The notes: generated from the sequence alone by a model not told the origin. DNA of 64,000 nucleotides from Gammaproteobacteria bacterium (GCA_965277715.1 OZ255836.1:2912001-2976000), one strand, 5' to 3'. Counted from the stretch's first letter, positions 44,293 to 54,733 are shown. Made by a program: numbers and translations.

Positions 44293-45936
44293 CTACCGCA
44301 ATGCGCGGACAAGCATAAGTACCCCGAATCCACCCATCACCCAGGCGATAACCGGCGCACCCGCGACCATTAAAGGCTGATAACCATCCAAGCCATAGAC
44401 TACCGCACCCGCAACCAACAGAGCGGCCCCACCAATCGCCGTGACACTGCGGCGGTTGTTGCGTTCAAGCTGGGCACGTAGCGCGTCCAATTGCGGTTCA
44501 CCTGCGGCGAGTTGTTTGAGCGCACTGTGGAGTAGCAATGGCAATTCGGGCAGGGTATTGGCCCACTCGGGCGCCTGCCTGGCAAGTTGTCGCAGCAATG
44601 CCTGCGGCCCTTTTTGTTGACTGATCCAGCGCTGCAAAAAAGGCTGGGCGGTCTCCCACAAGTCCAGTTGGGGGTAGAGCTGTCGGCCCAAGCCCTCAAT
44701 ATTCAACAGGGTTTTTTGCAGCAGTACCAGTTGTGGCTGTACCTGCATATCGAAGCGCCGCGCCGTTTGAAACAAACGCAGCAATACCTGGCCAAAGGAG
44801 ATTTCGGCCAGGGGCTTTTGAAAAATTGGTTCACAGACGGTGCGAATCGCCGATTCAAAATCCTCAACGCTGGTGCCTGCCGGCACCCAGGCCGAATCGA
44901 CATGCAACTGTGCCACACGGCGGTAGTCGCGCTTGAAAAAAGCCAGCAGGTTCTCCGCCAGGTAGTGGCGGTCATCACGCGTCAGGGTGCCGACAATACC
45001 AAAGTCGACGGCGATATAAGCGGGGTCATGGGGCTTGCCGGGGTCGACAAAGATATTGCCGGGGTGCATATCAGCGTGGAAGAAATTATCGCGAAATACC
45101 TGAGTGAAAAAAATTTCCACGCCACGCGCCGCCAACAGAGGCATATCCACATCTAAGGCCTGTAAGCGCGCCACCTCACTCACCCGCACGCCCGATACAC
45201 GCTCCATTACCAGGATGTTTTTACGGGTGTAGTGCCAGTGTACCTCTGGCACATAGAGCAGGGATGAACCGGTGAAGTTGCGTCGCAACTGCGCGGCATT
45301 GGCCGCTTCGCGCACTAAATCCAGCTCATCAAAAATAGTTTTTTCAAATTCGCTGACCACCTCGCGCAAGCGCAGACGCGCCCCCTGTGACCAATAGCGC
45401 TCTGCCAGGCTGGCAATGGTGTACATCAACGACACATCGCGGCGAATCGTTTCAGCAATCCCCGGCCTGAGAATTTTCACCACCACCTCTTCACCGCTGT
45501 GCAGTTGCGCGGTATGCACCTGCGCCACCGAGGCAGAGGCGAGTGGCTCGGCGGAAAAACGGGCAAACAGCGTTTCTACCGAACCTGCCAATGCAGTCTC
45601 TACCGCTGCACGCGCCACCTGTGTTGAAAACGGCGGCACCTGGTCTTGCAGTTTGGCCAGCTCATCGGCGACATCATCTGGCAATAAATCGCGGCGTGTC
45701 GAAACGATTTGCCCAAATTTAATAAACACCGGGCCGAGCGCCTCAAGCGCACAGCGAATCCGCTCACCACGCGGTAGGCGGCGGTTGTGGTGGTTAAGCC
45801 AGCGACTGGGAGAGAGATAAAACAACGCCCGCAGCAGACCCACCCCCGGCGTATCGACAAAAAATGACTCCAACGCATAGCGCGCCATCACCTGTTGAAT
45901 GGTGAACACACGCCGCCCACGGTCAAACACACTCAT
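44293..45936 (-). CDS. ubiB: Ubiquinone biosynthesis kinase UbiB
   Basis: LGPVFIKFGQ, ASASVAQVH, FFHADMHPGN, DFGIVG. Confidence 0.95.
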   Translation of the reverse strand: MSVFDRGRRVFTIQQVMARYALESFFVDTPGVGLLRALFYLSPSRWLNHHNRRLPRGERIRCALEALGPVFIKFGQIVSTRRDLLPDDVADELAKLQDQVPPFSTQVARAAVETALAGSVETLFARFSAEPLASASVAQVHTAQLHSGEEVVVKILRPGIAETIRRDVSLMYTIASLAERYWSQGARLRLREVVSEFEKTIFDELDLVREAANAAQLRRNFTGSSLLYVPEVHWHYTRKNILVMERVSGVRVSEVARLQALDVDMPLLAARGVEIFFTQVFRDNFFHADMHPGNIFVDPGKPHDPAYIAVDFGIVGTLTRDDRHYLAENLLAFFKRDYRRVAQLHVDSAWVPAGTSVEDFESAIRTVCEPIFQKPLAEISFGQVLLRLFQTARRFDMQVQPQLVLLQKTLLNIEGLGRQLYPQLDLWETAQPFLQRWISQQKGPQALLRQLARQAPEWANTLPELPLLLHSALKQLAAGEPQLDALRAQLERNNRRSVTAIGGAALLVAGAVVYGLDGYQPLMVAGAPVIAWVMGGFGVLMLVRALR

Positions 45937-46053
45937 ATACGAGTACTCTCCCAACTTTGAACTGATTGATACATGAGACAAGCTACAGATATCGACGTTA
46001 ACTTATTAAAACTAATACCCCATCAATTAAAACCCGACAACGCACTGGGTAAG

Positions 46054-46158
46054 CAAGCAATACATCAGAGGCACAACCTCATGTTATCAGCAATAAGCAT
46101 CAGCCTGCCTTCCACAGAAAAAGCGTGGATCTATAGGCAACACAGGAGCAGTTGCCGG
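46054..46158 (+). repeat. Dispersed intergenic repeat family B, copy 2
   Basis: caagcaatacatca...gcaacacaggagcagttgccg. Confidence 0.6.
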
Positions 46159-46332
46159 GGAGCGGTAGCCCTTGGGCACAGACAAAAAATAACTCGCTCT
46201 ACAAAGCGTAAAGAAAACCCCATGCATCGCGAGTGAAACCTCACAAACACCCAGGATTATCGACGTTAGTTTATTGAGACGAACAGCCCACCAATTCAAA
46301 GTTGACGATTTACCCGGTCGTTTTACAGCCGT

Positions 46333-46929
46333 TTAGCTGCGCTCAAGGCGCTGCAAACGCGCTTCAAAACGATCAGCATCGGCGCGCAACGTATCCACAT
46401 CACGGTAAAAATGTTCACACTCGCCCAGCGTGGGTGTCAGTCGGGACTCCTCGCGCAGGTACTCGCCAAGATCGGCACTGAAAGCCTGCGCGGTGCGCTC
46501 CAGCCAACCGTGTACGCCACGCGCAGCATTGCCAATCTGGTGTGCAGCCAAATCACCGGTAAACCGTGAAAGCTGTTCTTCCCAGTCAATTTCCAGCGTA
46601 TCTAGCAGGCGTTTAAACTGCCTGCCGGTCTCAATATCCCCGCCAATATGCACTTCACCGGAAAACAGCGCCCGGTTAGAGGCACCGAGCGAAGCCATCG
46701 ATAGCGGTGTACCACTGATTGTGGCGTCGACCTCGCCGTCGAAAAAACGCATCACCTCAACTTTTTCTGCATGTACCAGTAAATAAACCGACAGCGCCAA
46801 CCCCTGTATTTCCAGCGCGATAATCTTCCCCTGCAAACCGGGCAGGCGCGCACGGGCATTTTCATCCAGAGCGAGCACTGCGTTAAACGCAGCCTCAATA
46901 GCCAGCACGGCGGGGAGCGGTAGCTGCAT
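46333..46929 (-). CDS. ubiJ: Ubiquinone biosynthesis accessory factor UbiJ
   Basis: SCP2 domain, IDWEEQLS..GD; ubiE-J-B synteny. Confidence 0.9.
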   Translation of the reverse strand: MQLPLPAVLAIEAAFNAVLALDENARARLPGLQGKIIALEIQGLALSVYLLVHAEKVEVMRFFDGEVDATISGTPLSMASLGASNRALFSGEVHIGGDIETGRQFKRLLDTLEIDWEEQLSRFTGDLAAHQIGNAARGVHGWLERTAQAFSADLGEYLREESRLTPTLGECEHFYRDVDTLRADADRFEARLQRLERS

Positions 46930-46932
46930 AAG

Positions 46933-47730
46933 CTAAAACTTAAACCCTTTGTGCAAGGCGACAATACCACCGGTGAGGTTAAAGTATTCACTGCGCTCAT
47001 ACCCCGCCTCCTGCATCATCGCTTTCAGGGTTTCCTGATCCGGGTGCATACGAATACTCTCAGCGAGGTAGCGGTAACTGTCGGCATCATTGGCCACGAG
47101 CCTGCCCAGGGCGGGCAGTGCAGCAAACGAATAAGCATCGTATACCCTGGATAACAGCGGCAGGACCGGCTTTGAAAACTCTAAAATCAACAGGCGGCCA
47201 CCGGGTTTTAATACACGGTACATCGAGGTCAGCGCGGCCTGCTTATCGGTGACATTACGCAGGCCAAAGGCGATGGTAATGCAGTGAAAGGTATTGTCTG
47301 CAAACGGCAGGCACTCGGCGTTTGCCTGAGCGTAGTCAAGCGTGCTGAGCAGGCCTTTGTCGATTAACTTGTCGCGCCCGGCCTCCAGCATTGAAGCATT
47401 GATATCCGATAAAATCACCCGCCCCTGCGGGCCAACCCGGGCGCACAGCCTGGCCGCCAGATCACCCGTACCACCAGCCAGATCCAGTACTGTATTGCCG
47501 TACTTGACCCCACAGTGCTCTATCGTCACCCGCTTCCATAAACGGTGGATGCCGAACGACATTAAATCGTTCATCGCATCGTACTTCGCCGCGACCGAGT
47601 GAAACACCTCGGCGACGCGCTGCGCTTTTTCGCTAACGGGCACATCCTTAAAACCGAAGTGCGTGGTTTGTTCACCGGAAGCCGCCATACCAGGGGCCGC
47701 CGTAGCGGGGTCTGTATCGGAGTGCTGCAT
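46933..47730 (-). CDS. ubiE: Demethylmenaquinone / ubiquinone C-methyltransferase UbiE
   Basis: [32 protein letters not shown]. Confidence 0.96.
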   Translation of the reverse strand: MQHSDTDPATAAPGMAASGEQTTHFGFKDVPVSEKAQRVAEVFHSVAAKYDAMNDLMSFGIHRLWKRVTIEHCGVKYGNTVLDLAGGTGDLAARLCARVGPQGRVILSDINASMLEAGRDKLIDKGLLSTLDYAQANAECLPFADNTFHCITIAFGLRNVTDKQAALTSMYRVLKPGGRLLILEFSKPVLPLLSRVYDAYSFAALPALGRLVANDADSYRYLAESIRMHPDQETLKAMMQEAGYERSEYFNLTGGIVALHKGFKF

Positions 47731-48086
47731 TATTCGACCTTGCGGGTAATGCCAGCGTCTTTGAGGCGTTGCAGGTAATGCTGCCAATTGACTTGGTAGT
47801 CCTTGCCGAGTGCATAGAGCGTATCCCAACTGTATAGGCCGCTATCGTGGCCATCATCAAACACCAGCTTGATAGCGTAATTGCCCACCGGCTCAATGGC
47901 GCTGATATTCACATCCTGCTTATCGATTTGCAGTACCTCCTGCCCAGGGCCGTGACCGCGCACCTCTGCCGAGGGCGAATGCACACGCAGGTATTCACAG
48001 GTGAGGTTGCAATCAAAACCGTCGTCAAAGTGCAGTTCCAGCACCCGGCTGGTCTGGTGGAGTTTTATATCGGTGGGCTTGGGCAT
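47730..48086 (-). CDS. DUF971 (GBBH-like N-terminal) protein
   Basis: [28 protein letters not shown]. Confidence 0.9.
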   Translation of the reverse strand: MPKPTDIKLHQTSRVLELHFDDGFDCNLTCEYLRVHSPSAEVRGHGPGQEVLQIDKQDVNISAIEPVGNYAIKLVFDDGHDSGLYSWDTLYALGKDYQVNWQHYLQRLKDAGITRKVE

Positions 48087-48436
48087 GCTTGTACGCCTTT
48101 TTTCAGTACGGGGCATTCTACGCTTTTAGCGGGGTTAGCGGTATTGGCAGGCGATAAACTGTTAGGTGCTAGTCGATTTTTGTCAATACGATATGATATG
48201 TACGAAATTCATACCCAGGTAATCCAAACATTTCTGAAGACGAGGCGATGGAAATGGCGATTCAGGAAATAGCGGTGTAACGCCGGGAAAAATCGGCTAC
48301 GAAATAATCACTCTTCCTATGAATATTGTTGTAGATTGCAATATCCTGATTTGTGCTGGAATATCCGAGGGCACTTGCCGACGCACCATTCAAAAAGTGC
48401 TGCTACATCATCATTGGCTTATAGCCGTATAACCAC

Positions 48437-48775
48437 TCACTTCAACTTGCGCGCCTTGCGGACAGCTGCTATACCCCCCGCATTAGTAACATTGGTATAT
48501 CCCTTTTGCCTGAGAATATTTAGCGCCACGCTGGCACGCGCACCCACCGCACAATACAGTTTTATCTCGGTGTCTTTATCACCGACAAGCTGCCCAATCA
48601 ATTGGCCAATTTTTTTGTACGGAATATTCGCATCCCCCGCGATATGGCCCGCTTTGTACTCGCCAACGCTACGCACGTCGATCCAAACCGGATCCGTCGA
48701 AGCGGAGGCGGAGTTAGCCAAAACACCCGCAGAAAAAAACAACCCCAGAGCAAATAGTAACAGTGTGAATTTCAT
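48437..48775 (-). CDS. Periplasmic rhodanese (PspE-like)
   Basis: WIDVRS, GHIAG, LYCAVGAR. Confidence 0.88.
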   Translation of the reverse strand: MKFTLLLFALGLFFSAGVLANSASASTDPVWIDVRSVGEYKAGHIAGDANIPYKKIGQLIGQLVGDKDTEIKLYCAVGARASVALNILRQKGYTNVTNAGGIAAVRKARKLK

Positions 48776-48914
48776 TGCGATTGATCCTGATGATTAGCGC
48801 CTGTTTGTTATACCCGCTTTCGCTGCAGCATTTTTCAGTTTGTTATCATTGCTAGCTAACGGCGCACCCAACCTGAGAGCTAATTCCAGATAAGCCGCAT
48901 CATATATGGAAAGT

Positions 48915-48945
48915 AGGAGAAAATCCCTATAGGTGATTTTCTCCT
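48915..48945. terminator. Hairpin, possible terminator
   Basis: aggagaaaatc / gattttctcct stem. Confidence 0.45.
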
Positions 48946-48982
48946 TCTCTTTTCTTTTAACAATGCGATGGTTCGATAAAGG

Positions 48983-49477
48983 TCAACCATCAGCATTGGC
49001 TATCACAGTTGTCAATTGTTGCGCCGTTACCGGCCCTTCGATGCGCCGGTAAAACTGACCGTTGGGGTCGATCAGGAAGGTTGTTGGCAATACCCGGATA
49101 TTGCCAAATGGCGTAACCGGATCACCTCCATTGCTGAGAATCAGGTAATCAACGCCCAGATCAGCCACAAATGCACGGATGTCCTGTGTTTCTGCCTCTT
49201 CAAAAGTAACGCCCCACACGGTGGCCGTTGCTGTGTTGTTTTGGTAAAACGCATTGAGCGCTGGCATTTCATGTATACAAGGCCCACACCAGGTCGCCCA
49301 AAAATTTATCACCACCCACTTTCCCTGATACTGCGACAGGCTGTGATCGACACCATCGAGATCGGCCAGTGTGTAATCTACCGGGTCAGTGGCGTTCACA
49401 GTAGTTGCGTTAAATGCCAGCGTGTTGAATACCAGCGTGATAACAAACAAACGAAAAAGGGTTTTGGTGGCGGGCAT
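48983..49477 (-). CDS. TlpA-family disulfide reductase
   Basis: INFWATWCGPC, LPTTFLID. Confidence 0.9.
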   Translation of the reverse strand: MPATKTLFRLFVITLVFNTLAFNATTVNATDPVDYTLADLDGVDHSLSQYQGKWVVINFWATWCGPCIHEMPALNAFYQNNTATATVWGVTFEEAETQDIRAFVADLGVDYLILSNGGDPVTPFGNIRVLPTTFLIDPNGQFYRRIEGPVTAQQLTTVIANADG

Positions 49478-49499
49478 AGGTAACGCACTCCAGGTGTTC

Positions 49500-49641
49500 A
49501 GAGGGCATCGGAAAGCTACTGCGCTCGATGATGCGGCATTGGAAATTGACAAAAACTGCTCATTTACTGCGTGTAAACTGCGCTTTTTTGTCAATTTCCG
49601 CCTGGCCTCACCTTCGCTCACAACGTTTTCCAAAGCCCTCT
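49500..49641. mobile_element. MITE-like palindromic element family C
   Basis: Imperfect termini agagggcatcggaaa / tttccaaagccctct; nested arms ggaaattgacaaaaa / tttttgtcaatttcc. Confidence 0.65.
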
Positions 49642-49708
49642 TTAGTCAGTTAATGGCACTATTCGACCAACAATGCACGCGCACGTTCACCTGGCCAGCC
49701 TGTGAATA

Positions 49709-50032
49709 ATGCCATTGTGGACAGCTACGACAAACTCAAACTGCTTGCCATTATTTGATGATTTGTTTCAGCGCCGCAATACCCTTTACCGGGATATTGT
49801 CCAGGCCATCGCTAATGCCCCACTGGATCTGGATGGTTTGTACACGGCACTGAATATCGAAAAAACGGGAAAAATATCTGAATACGTTAACGAGCTTGCC
49901 TTATGCGGGTTTATCACCCGCGAACACACCTGGAAAATTCACAATGGTGTGGAATCAAAACTCAGCCGCATTCGGCTTAACGATAATTATTTGCGGTTTT
50001 ATATCAAAGCCATAACGTGCATGACCTTATGA
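49709..50032 (+). pseudogene. Fragment of AAA/ATP-binding protein (winged-helix region)
   Basis: ISEYVNELALCGFI...RLNDNYLRFYIK; no P-loop present. Confidence 0.6.
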
Positions 50033-50059
50033 GACACCTCCACCATTCTATTCATACCG

Positions 50060-50158
50060 AAAGTGAAAGAAATCCTCCGTTTTCTGGAAGGTGTTCCTGT
50101 ACCTGTGGTTAAGCTGCTCTACGGTGGTGGCTTTAGAATTACTGAAGCCATTGGTAGG
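50060..50158 (+). pseudogene. Fragment of integron-integrase-like tyrosine recombinase (box I)
   Basis: Translates KVKEILRFLEGVPVPVVKLLYGGGFRITEAIGR; compare IntI LLYGxGLRxxEA. Confidence 0.6.
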
Positions 50159-50199
50159 TTGCCTGATTGTTTATCCACAAAAAATGCCTTTACTGGAAA

Positions 50200-51030
50200 T
50201 TAATAAGCCCGCTTTTTCTTCGCCCCTCTGTATAAAATATCCGCCAGGTTGTCATTGACTTTTTGCCGTTGTGCAACACCCTGTGGGTCGTGATCGAAGC
50301 GTGGACGGCGTAGCACGATGCCGTCTTTATCATCGACTTCACCGCGAATAGGTAAGCGGTACTTTTCACCTATCGACTGCTGCACATGGGCGGGCGTATA
50401 CGACTGAATGGCAAAACCAATGCGCCGCTGGCCACTGTGGTTGGGTTGTGAACCGTGAATAATTTTGGCGTGGTGTAAAGACATCTGCCCAGGCCGCAAG
50501 ATCAAATCGACAGCGCTGGCGGCATCAACCCCAGGTACGACTTGGCCACGTGTGAGAATATTGTCCTCTGCGAAGGTGTCTTCGTGCGGGTGGATCGCGT
50601 CGATATGGCTGCCGGGAATCATACTCATACAGCCGTTGTCACGGTGGCTGTGTGTGAGTGCCAGCCAGGGAGTAACAAAATCGTGTGGCTCAATGCCCAT
50701 ATACGTTGCATCCTGATGCCAGCTTACATACCCGGCACTGTGTGGTTCCTTGATAAACAAAACACTGCCCCATAGTGAAATATTGGCGCCGATTAAATCT
50801 TCCACCGCATCGACAATGACCGGGTGGTGTACCAGCTCATCGAGGCAGGCGAACGACAAATGTGCGTTATTGCGATTCTTTGCGTTGATTTCATCCGGGT
50901 AGTCACGTTCGATGGCTTCCAGCCGGTGCCGGTAAGACAGCGCTTCGTCTTCTGGCATCACATCAATGGGTGAGATAAACCCTTGCTCGTGGTACTGATC
51001 AATTTGTTGTTGTGTAAGGACTTTAGGCAT
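50200..51030 (-). CDS. Phytanoyl-CoA dioxygenase (PhyH) family Fe/2OG enzyme
   Basis: WHQD, IPGSH, HGSQPN..RRIG. Confidence 0.9.
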   Translation of the reverse strand: MPKVLTQQQIDQYHEQGFISPIDVMPEDEALSYRHRLEAIERDYPDEINAKNRNNAHLSFACLDELVHHPVIVDAVEDLIGANISLWGSVLFIKEPHSAGYVSWHQDATYMGIEPHDFVTPWLALTHSHRDNGCMSMIPGSHIDAIHPHEDTFAEDNILTRGQVVPGVDAASAVDLILRPGQMSLHHAKIIHGSQPNHSGQRRIGFAIQSYTPAHVQQSIGEKYRLPIRGEVDDKDGIVLRRPRFDHDPQGVAQRQKVNDNLADILYRGAKKKRAY

Positions 51031-51035
51031 AGCGA

Positions 51036-51524
51036 TTATGAATTTGCAGTGTGTTTGTTGTTGAGTGCCGCCAGTATGGTTGGGTGTACAAAGCCACTGA
51101 CATCGCCATTCAAACTGGCGATTTCCCGCACCATACTTGAGGAGAGGAATGCATATTCCTGCGCGGCAGAAATAAAAACAGTTTCAACACCAGGGCACAT
51201 TTGGCGGTTCAGGCCCGCCAACTGCACCTCGTATTCAAAGTCAGACACTGCCCGCAGGCCACGGACAATGACCTTTGCCTGCCACTGCACGGCACACTCA
51301 ACGAGCAGGCCCTTAAAGCTTTTCACTTCAACATTCGGTAAATCCTGAACGACCTCACGCGCCAGCATCTCACGCTGCTCCAGCGCAAAAAAAGGGCGCT
51401 TATCTGGATTGTAAGCGATGGCGACAATAACGCGATCAAACATCTTCGCTGCACGTCTCGCCACATCGATATGCCCATTGGTAATCGGATCAAAAGTGCC
51501 GGGATAGATTGCTGTAATTGTCAT
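51036..51524 (-). CDS. coaD: Pantetheine-phosphate adenylyltransferase
   Basis: YPGTFDPITNGH, RGLRAVSDFEYE, SSSMVRE. Confidence 0.96.
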   Translation of the reverse strand: MTITAIYPGTFDPITNGHIDVARRAAKMFDRVIVAIAYNPDKRPFFALEQREMLAREVVQDLPNVEVKSFKGLLVECAVQWQAKVIVRGLRAVSDFEYEVQLAGLNRQMCPGVETVFISAAQEYAFLSSSMVREIASLNGDVSGFVHPTILAALNNKHTANS

Positions 51525-52156
51525 ACCTGCCTACTGTCATTTCATCAGCGGCAAGATTGCATGATTTCACCGTTTTCGACAACTCATTTAGTTAGAATTA
51601 ATTTAGGGCACGCCCTCGACGTAAGCACTCATTTATCAACCGTGTCGGCATACGAATTTGGGACTGAGTGGCACTGATAGCAGTAAACGCCATTAATATT
51701 TCCGGCGCAGCACTGTGACTAAACGCCAGCTTGATAAAAACTGGTTTAAAAAAGCAAGAGGGTCAGGCTTGAATGGCACTTCCTTAAGCTGTAAGTATTT
51801 GAAGTAATTACAAAAAAAGCTGGTTCTATGGTAGGTTATTTGTTGCCAACACAAATACCCTTGATCCCACAGGAACCAGCCATCATGCAGAGTAATGTAA
51901 AAGTCAACATTCTTCAACGTCGCATCAAAAGCCGAGCTCAATCCTCGGATGCATTGAGTTTTTATCACTTGCTGACATCCTCTCAGTTACTTACGAAACT
52001 GGAAGAATTACAACCGGATTTTCGAGCGCGTCGCTATCCTCCTCTAGACACCTTATCGCTGTTTTTATACCAAACAATGAGTGCAGATCAGCCCTGCCAA
52101 CAAGTTGTCAACACACTCGCTGTACAGCGATTAAGTGAAGGTTTATCAGTGAGTAA
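51179..52156 (+). repeat. 978-bp direct repeat copy A (coaD 5' part, promoter, IS4 left part)
   Basis: Matches 53756-54733 at constant offset 2577 with ~18 substitutions (hand count). Confidence 0.92.
51771..52156 (+). pseudogene. Truncated IS4-family element (left end and transposase 5')
   Basis: gaatggcacttccttaagc terminus; ORF 51828-52205 nearly identical to the N-terminus of 54405-55850. Confidence 0.88.
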
Positions 52157-52223
52157 GAGTTCCAGGAACAGGCATCAAATAAAGTATATTCCAATTCAGA
52201 AATGAGCCTGAAGGAGAGGGTAA

Positions 52224-52704
52224 TTAAGTCCCGGTCTTGAGGCGTTCATGAAATTGTTGGAAGAGTTTGTTTCGTGCTGAATGGCGTATTTCAACGGCTT
52301 CGTTGTCTGTCATTTCACGGGCAAATTCATCCCGTTTTTTAAAGGTCATCCCTTTTTTCAAGTATTGACTGGGGCGAGGGAGTGAGCGGAATTTCTCATA
52401 GGGTGTCATCCTATCTTCATAACGATATTTTTTGTGTTGTTTACCTTTGTCATCGGTCACGGTGGAAGGGAAATAGCAGGGGTGGTGGAAGTTGAGATAA
52501 CGGTGGAGAGGGCCGCTGTTAAGATCAGTAAATTGTTCAGCATACTGTTGTGGTATATGGCTGTAGCCATAGAGTTTGCGGATAACAGACCCATTTTTGC
52601 TTTCCACCAACCCGTTGTCGTTACTGTGTCGAGGACGTGATTTGGTGAGTTTAATACGCAGTTTTTCCAGTAGTTCAGCCACACTGTAGTTGATGTATTC
52701 ACCC
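52224..52704 (-). pseudogene. C-terminal fragment of an integrase-core (rve) transposase
   Basis: GEYIN...TKSRPRHSNDNGLVESKNGSVIRK...TPYEK; now in frame behind the RAYT. Confidence 0.75.
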
Positions 52705-53702
52705 CCAAAAAGGAAAAGGGGGCAATCGTATTTAATATTTTTCAAACGGTTGCAAACCTGCTCAAACACGCCCTTCAAGCTGCCGTCTGACAGCCCACTC
52801 TTTACATAATCAATTGCAGGAGAAAGGCTACTAACACGACTATATACAAACATATCAACCAGCGTTTTTAACGGCATATCTCCCAATTGCTGACAACAAT
52901 ATATCGCTACTTTACGAGGCAGATTCGCCCGTTGTCTCCCCCGCTGTCGCGTAAGTACATCACTCGCGTTAACGCCAAACACCGCTGCCACTGCATCGAC
53001 TATAGCTGCACCGTTTGGCTTGTCCGTCACAATACGGGACAAGTCCCCCGATATGTGCATCGACTCCCGGTTTTCGGCAATATACGTCTTGAAGGATTTG
53101 TCACCCAGTATCGTCGCCACATTGCCTTTGTTATAAAAACGGCCAATGTCCTCATCAATACCTTGACCAACATATGCCTTATAAGCAACGTAACGTTGTT
53201 TAGCACCGAGTGCACTATGGGTTGCCTCTCGATACAACCATTCCGGTGCTTTGGCTTGGTTGATGTAAGCGTGGTAACTCGACCAGGAATAGCTATCGAG
53301 CTTATCCGCTGTTACACCCTTTACTTCTATTGGGTTACGATGAATGTAACGGCTTAAGGGTAATAAGTAGTCGTCTGCATCCACAATAATCGCTTTATAA
53401 CGACTGCGAAAAAGAGGCCCATCCATGCGTCTAAGCCGGTTGTAGCGTTGTGTGTAGATACCATTGATATGCCGCATGATGCGATCCAGATTAGCACGAG
53501 GGGTTTCGATCAATAGATGATAATGATTACCCATCAAACAGTAAGCGTGGGTGTAGGCATCAAAGCGTTTATGTGCTTCATCGAGCGTTTGTAGAAATGC
53601 TTGGTAGTAAATTTCGCCATGAAAGATGGTCTGTCTGGCTTTGCCACGATTCATAACGTGGTAGTAGGCATTTTCGTATTGTATTCGAGTAGGTCTAGGC
53701 AT
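52224..53702 (-). CDS. REP-associated-type tyrosine transposase (Y1/HUH) with C-terminal DnaA_C-like HTH, reading through into the rve fragment
   Basis: MPRPTR...YHVMNRG, HAYCLMGNHYHLL (HUH), YIHRNP, YSWSSY; native part ends near 52720. Confidence 0.85.
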   Translation of the reverse strand: MPRPTRIQYENAYYHVMNRGKARQTIFHGEIYYQAFLQTLDEAHKRFDAYTHAYCLMGNHYHLLIETPRANLDRIMRHINGIYTQRYNRLRRMDGPLFRSRYKAIIVDADDYLLPLSRYIHRNPIEVKGVTADKLDSYSWSSYHAYINQAKAPEWLYREATHSALGAKQRYVAYKAYVGQGIDEDIGRFYNKGNVATILGDKSFKTYIAENRESMHISGDLSRIVTDKPNGAAIVDAVAAVFGVNASDVLTRQRGRQRANLPRKVAIYCCQQLGDMPLKTLVDMFVYSRVSSLSPAIDYVKSGLSDGSLKGVFEQVCNRLKNIKYDCPLFLFGGEYINYSVAELLEKLRIKLTKSRPRHSNDNGLVESKNGSVIRKLYGYSHIPQQYAEQFTDLNSGPLHRYLNFHHPCYFPSTVTDDKGKQHKKYRYEDRMTPYEKFRSLPRPSQYLKKGMTFKKRDEFAREMTDNEAVEIRHSARNKLFQQFHERLKTGT

Positions 53703-53752
53703 CGTTTAAATTTATACTATTTTGAAAATATTAAATAGGATTGACCCCTTTT
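52714..53752. mobile_element. RAYT gene bracketed by ~32-bp inverted repeats ending in GGGG(T/G)CA
   Basis: aaaagggggcaatcgtatttaatatttttcaaa (52714-52746) vs reverse complement of tttgaaaatattaaataggattgacccctttt (53721-53752). Confidence 0.8.
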
Positions 53753-54101
53753 ATTCAGTTTCAACACTAGGGCACATTTGGCGGTTCAGGCCCGCCAACT
53801 GCACCTCATATTCAAAATCAGACACTGCCCGCAGGCCACGGACAATGACCTTTGCCTGCCACTGCACGGCACACTCAACGAGCAGGCCCTTAAAGCTTTT
53901 CACTTCAACATTCGGTAGATCCTGAACGACCTCACACGCCAGGATCTCACGCTGCTCCAGCGCAAAAAAAGGGCGCTTATCTGGATTGTAAGCGATGGCG
54001 ACAATAACGCGATCAAACATCTTCGCTGCACGTCTCGCCACATCGATATGACCATTGGTAATCGGATCAAAAGTGCCGGGATAGATTGCTGTAATTGTCA
54101 T
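53751..54101 (-). pseudogene. coaD: 3'-truncated second copy of coaD
   Basis: First ~115 codons of coaD, cut 3 bp from the RAYT inverted repeat. Confidence 0.9.
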
Positions 54102-54733
54102 ACCTGCCTACTGTCATTTCATCAGCGGCAAGATTGCATGATTTCACCGTTTTCGACAACTCATTTAGTTAGAATTAATTTAGGGCACGCCCTCGACGTA
54201 AGCACCCATTTATCAACCGTGTCGGCATACGAATTTGGGACTGAGTGGCACTGATAGCAGTAAACGCCATTAATATTTGCGGCGCAACACTGTGACTAAA
54301 CACCAGCTTGATAAAAACTGGTTTAAAAAAGCAAGGGGGGCAGGCTAGAATGGCACTTCCTTAAGCTGTAAGTATTTGAAGTAATTACAAAAAAAGCTGG
54401 TTCTATGGTAGGTTATTTATTGCCAACACAAATACCCTTTATCCCACAGGAACCAGCCATCATGCAGAGTAATGTAAAAGTCAACATTCTTCAACGTCGC
54501 ATCAAAAGCCGAGCTCAATCCTCGGATGCATTGAGTTTTTATCACTTGCTGACATCCTCTCAGTTACTTACGAAACTGGAAGAATTACAACCGGATTTTC
54601 GAGCGCGTCGCTATCCTCCTCTAGACACCTTATCGCTGTTTTTATACCAAACAATGAGTGCAGATCAGTCCTGCCAACAAGCTGTCAACACACTCGCTGT
54701 ACAGCGATTAAGTGAAGGTTTATCAGTGAGTAA
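53756..54733 (+). repeat. 978-bp direct repeat copy B
   Basis: See copy A. Confidence 0.92.

Noticed and set aside
2222-47602. Numerous antisense or alternative-frame ORFs in the track (e.g. 6645-7361, 39747-40490, 44587-45156)
   Set aside because: Shadow ORFs overlapping well-supported genes, with no motifs.
49478-49633. 52-aa N-terminal extension of the TlpA ORF
   Set aside because: Arises from reading through the MITE at 49500-49641; the real start is likely 49477.
52224-53702. 492-aa ORF as a genuine novel two-domain transposase
   Set aside because: The junction lies inside the inverted repeat and the rve part lacks its N-terminus; more simply a read-through chimera.
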